From the NCBI GenBank assembly GCA_965637545.1, contig OZ281498.1, positions 20,956,001 through 21,020,000 on the forward strand: a stretch of DNA of 64,000 bases. Direction: 5' to 3'. Positions 59,820-64,000 of the stretch are shown here, in pieces. Source of the stretch: Phallusia mammillata. Its lineage: Eukaryota. The notes under the pieces were generated by a model. That model was not told where the DNA came from. It did no database searches and was given only the letters and a program-made list of their open reading frames with translations. Position 1 is the stretch's first letter, and the number at the start of each line of letters is the position of its first letter. The translations under genes were made by a program, and so were the position numbers.

Positions 59820-61986
59820 TTATATTTTTGATCCTTTTCCATGTTGACTTCCACTTTGACTTTCATTTTTATCTACATTAGCCATACTTTCCGTATTTAT
59901 GGTATATTCCGTTTCTTCCGCGGAAACCCAGCCCTTTTCTTTGGCAACTTTGTAAAAGAAACTGCCCAGTATAGCGTAACCGGCTGTTGCCGTGAAGTAA
60001 AGTGTAGGGAAAAGAACAATTCTTGACTCCAATTCAGGCCGATTGCCGAACGACAAATGAACAATTGAACTTGCCACCTTTGCATTTTGAAATGCACATT
60101 CCACTCCAACTGTTTTTCGACTTCTGCTGTTAAGTTTCAACCATGGTATCATAGTAGCCATGTAGGCAAGCAAATATACTATGATTGGCATCAGCAGTGC
60201 TATCTGTAATCAAATGACACAACATTAACAACTTAGCAAACAGAATGTCCAAGGTCGTTGACTGGCTAAACGTGATTTAAATTTGTCTAAAATCCACAGA
60301 TTTTCCCAGGGCCAGTAGACTATTTAAAAAAGCCGAATTATGAAGGTTTTAGCTTTTGCTTCAGAAGTCAGTGCCAACAAAACTGCACTTTAATACACTT
60401 GGATTTATAAAGCAGCCATACCACGACTTGTTGCCAGAGCACGGTCCAAAGATGACCTCTGTCAACTCCATAGTAAATGACCCAAACCGTTATTCCAACC
60501 GAAGCAATAGCAATGCAAATCTGTGATAAACATTTGTTACGATTCAAAATGTTTTTTTCCACACACACTTGATTTTTTTGCTTTACTGTTAACACCAAAT
60601 TTCAAATAGTAGCCTATGCAATTGAAACTTTACAAACAGTGTGAATTCCGAACATTTTTTTGGAATTTTTCCAGAGCAATCTACTTCGAATTATTCCCAA
60701 GTGCCAGTGGTCCCAGCAGCAAAGCCAACGTAATTCCTTGTGTGAAAAATGAAAGCAATGTGATTAGTGATTAGAGTAAAACAACTGTCTTTAGTTTTAA
60801 ACCGATTAATTGTATTTTCTTATTAAAACGCGGAAAAACTAACTGTATATGTACTGAGCTCACATACCTAGTTCCCCGAAATCAATTTGGAGATCGCTGT
60901 TGATATTTTCTGCTGTTTGAAATATCACCAACCACATGGGCATCGCTCCTAGTGCTAATATTGTTGACGTTGTAGTCATCGCCACACTGTAAACAACAAT
61001 ATGAAGTATTTGCAACACCTTTTTTTGGAATTTTTGTAAAATGTCCTTGGTAGTGATCGGCCTGATCATTGGGGTTTTAATTAAGCCGTTTAAATCTTCT
61101 AATTTTTAATAGTTTGTGTAAAGTTAGGCGTTTAATTAGATAGGATGTTGTTCAAGACAAATCTAGTCCTACCTGAGGTCCACGATTCCGCCTAATCCAT
61201 AAACTACAATGTTACTTAGTGCACCGCCAGGGCATACTCCTTGAATCATAACTCCAAGCGATTCAACTTGCGGCATTTGGAATATTTTGGTCATCGCCCA
61301 AGCCACCACTGCGTAAAAATATGTTAATTGTTGATTGTTAAGTCCTACCTATTCCTAATTTATATAAGAAAACTTACAGGGTACCAGGAACAGTTGAAGA
61401 AAAACTCCAAACAAGTAGGCCTTCGGACGTTTGACGTAAAACCACAAGCTTTTGTAATGAATGCCTACTCCAATTGCGACCATTCCCAATCCAACAAGTG
61501 GGCTTTAGAAACAAAATGACAAAATCGTGCCAGTATAGTTTAGCCGTTAGTGATGTTTGCGAAGACTTAATGCCAGTGCAAAATTTAATCCCTCTAAATT
61601 TATTGCTTGTATATGCGACTTCGACGGCCAAGTGCCTAAGACGGCAAAATGACAGCTCGGTATATTAACACGTTTCCGAAGTAGACATGAGTTTGAAATA
61701 AGGGACTCTTAATATAAAATTGTTCATGCTAACTGAGACAATACAAAACAAATAATTGGGTTTAACATATAAGGAAACAATATTTGACCAAGACTTACGT
61801 GGTTACAAGTGTACCTAACGAAATTCCGCTTGCTCCGTCTGTTGCATTGGTGCAATTAGGCATTTCCAGTCCTGGAAGTTATGATATTTTAAAATATGCA
61901 AACATTTTTAATCCAAGGTAAAAAAAATGCATATATTTCTGCATACCTTCCTCGCAACCAGAGAGTTCGGTCAAGCGCAAATCCAT
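59820..61986 (-). pseudogene. SLC10A: SLC10 family symporter-like copy C, disrupted in exon 6 (probable pseudogene or null allele)
   Basis: Exons 61986-61947, 61871-61799, 61502-61378, 61308-61173, 60986-60868, 60520-60422 and 60203-59820 are intact and closest to copy B. Exon 6 starts normally at 60736 (GITLALLLGPLALG) and then reads AAT AAT TCG AAG TAG, with the stop at 60683-60681. I found no in-phase donor before the stop. Confidence 0.7.
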
Positions 61987-63016
61987 CCTATTTTAGTATA
62001 TACCTCGTATGTGGGCCTATTACCAAACAAAAATGGCTAAAATGAAAGGAATAAAACATGTAAATTTGCAAACTTTCATTTGATATTTTGCATATTTTTG
62101 TTTTTGGGAAATAAAGTAGGCGTAACACCTCAATTGCTTGTGATCACACATTTATTTGAGAAATGCAATTGTAATTACTTTATCGCTTTAAATCAGTTTT
62201 ACTATTCCACCGTTTTTCTTGTAAGCAATCTTCTATCTGCGTCTTTACCAAAACTTCGTTGTGAGTGTTGAAATACTTTTCAAAGGAGGCCTATATGTGC
62301 GGTTAGAAGCTTTGTGATCTTTACTGCGAAACTTGTAAACTCCCCTCTGAATAATAGACGTTTTCATTTCTGATGCATTCTCGTCAAATTTATTCACCAA
62401 TGAAGCACCCGATTTTACATGGAGGCTAACCGACTTTATTTGTTCAAAAGTTTTGCAACTCGATTCTTGGCATTGCATTTTAAAACTATTCAAGTCTGTT
62501 ATACTGTTCTAAAAATATTTTTTAAATGTGTTATGTAGCCTAACCACAAGCGTTCTTAGGATTTGTAACGTGGTTGACTTATTAAAGAATAGGAAAGAAT
62601 TTGTAGTTGTAGTTTTTAATTAAATTGAATAGAACGAAAGTTTTGCCATCAATGAAACGGAAATGATGATTTGTCTCGTTTTTTTTTCTTCCTGTGCGCT
62701 TTGTAGTAGTTACCTAATTATACATTATGTATGCCTTCGTGTGTACCATAAATAAAAGTTTTCGATATTAGTGATGGATTAAATTAATTTCCTTTTCAAA
62801 CCCCGTGACTTTGTCAGTCGTAGTTTGTACCCAAACAGCCGTATCATGCGTTGAGACATTGCGCCCAATCCTTGAAAAAGGAGTTATGCAATGCTGAAGC
62901 TGCTGAACTAGGCTACATGAACCACTGTAAAACGACATGGTAAATTCGAAAACTCCTCATTTTCACAAAGGCATTGTGTTTTAACGCAGCTTCCTGAAAA
63001 TACAGCGAGACAGAAG

Positions 63017-63197
63017 CAGGTTTTTTTAAGGTTTGGTTTGGGTGACCGCTAAGTAGTTTTAAGAGACCGCAAGTGTTTCATTTACATACCAAAAAATCCA
63101 AAATTTTCCAAATTGGTCCAAAGTCCAAATTTTGGGAAACCGCTGGAGAAATTTGGGGGACCGTTTCGGTCCCCCAAAACACCTTAAAAAAACACTG
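63017..63197. mobile_element. MITE, copy 2 (matches 6762-6956)
   Basis: Same termini and long identical blocks as 6762-6956, same orientation. Confidence 0.8.
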
Positions 63198-64000
63198 GAC
63201 AGAAGTATAAACCTTGTACGTAACAACAACTTTATGACCAAGTAACACAATCGAAATTTCCACTTAAACTTAAGTATACCGACGCGTCCCGTTTCATGTG
63301 GATATAAACTGTTAACGGTAGTGTTAAACCGTTTCTGTTATTTTGTATTTAACGATGCGTTGTTCCACCTGAGGTTGGTAGTTGGTTGTTCAAAATAAAA
63401 AACAATCTGTAGTTGAATTGGTACGCAACAAATTTAAGAGATCTGCAATTTGTAGTGTCAGTTAACCTTTTCGAAGCAAAAGACTTAGGTGTGTTTGCAA
63501 ATATTCGATTAATCCAGAAAATGTACGTAATGGGTTAGTTGTATAACAAAAATGGCGAGAGTAAAAATACTTGGTTAATAGCATCGTGGGCTAAACAAGT
63601 ATGGCGAATCTGTGTTTTACGGTAAACTATAGTTGTGATATCAAACATCCAAGCCATTTATTTATTATCAATGCTGTAAATTAGCTTTTCATTGATGATT
63701 TTGTTTTCTTTGTTGGTTCTATACGTATAACAAAGTTGTTGAAACATTGATTTTTATTGATTTAAATCAGGCTGGCGACTTTATATCTATTATTTTTATT
63801 ATATTTTTCTTAAAACCAAAGTTTGTGCCACTTACTCTCGAATGGCGGTCCTCTTGCATCTTTATCATGACGTTCGTCGACTGTAAATGTTTAAATGTGA
63901 GTGCTGCCCTTTTAAAGGTATGAGTTGTTAAATCGGTTCTTACGGTGCTTTGTTGCATCGTTTGGGGAGTAGGCTACTTCACGTGTGTTGATTCAGCGCA

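Overview
Eukaryotic, AT-rich, intron-containing animal DNA. The compact introns, abundant TGACGTCA-bearing repeats and mosaic CpG depletion suggest an invertebrate chordate such as an ascidian (inference). I assembled six gene models by hand from GT-AG splice sites. (1) A secreted protein of about 660 aa with 12 EGF-like modules, one per phase-1 exon (+, 5713-14349). (2) IFT88 (+, 15607-18630), nearly intronless. (3) The BIG/ARFGEF Sec7 Arf-GEF (-, 20570-44063, at least 38 coding exons). (4-6) Three tandem SLC10 sodium/bile-acid-symporter family paralogs (-): one is intact, one has a TT at a conserved GT donor, and one has a premature stop. Introns and spacers hold hAT-type and other MITEs, a tRNA-derived SINE, and a Helentron-like non-autonomous element with a 128-bp tandem array. 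The most unusual non-coding signal is a set of minimal hammerhead-ribozyme motifs: one near-canonical core closing a 56-bp hairpin in an SLC10 intron, and two decayed copies in ARFGEF introns. No computation or database search was run; all coordinates come from manual reading.
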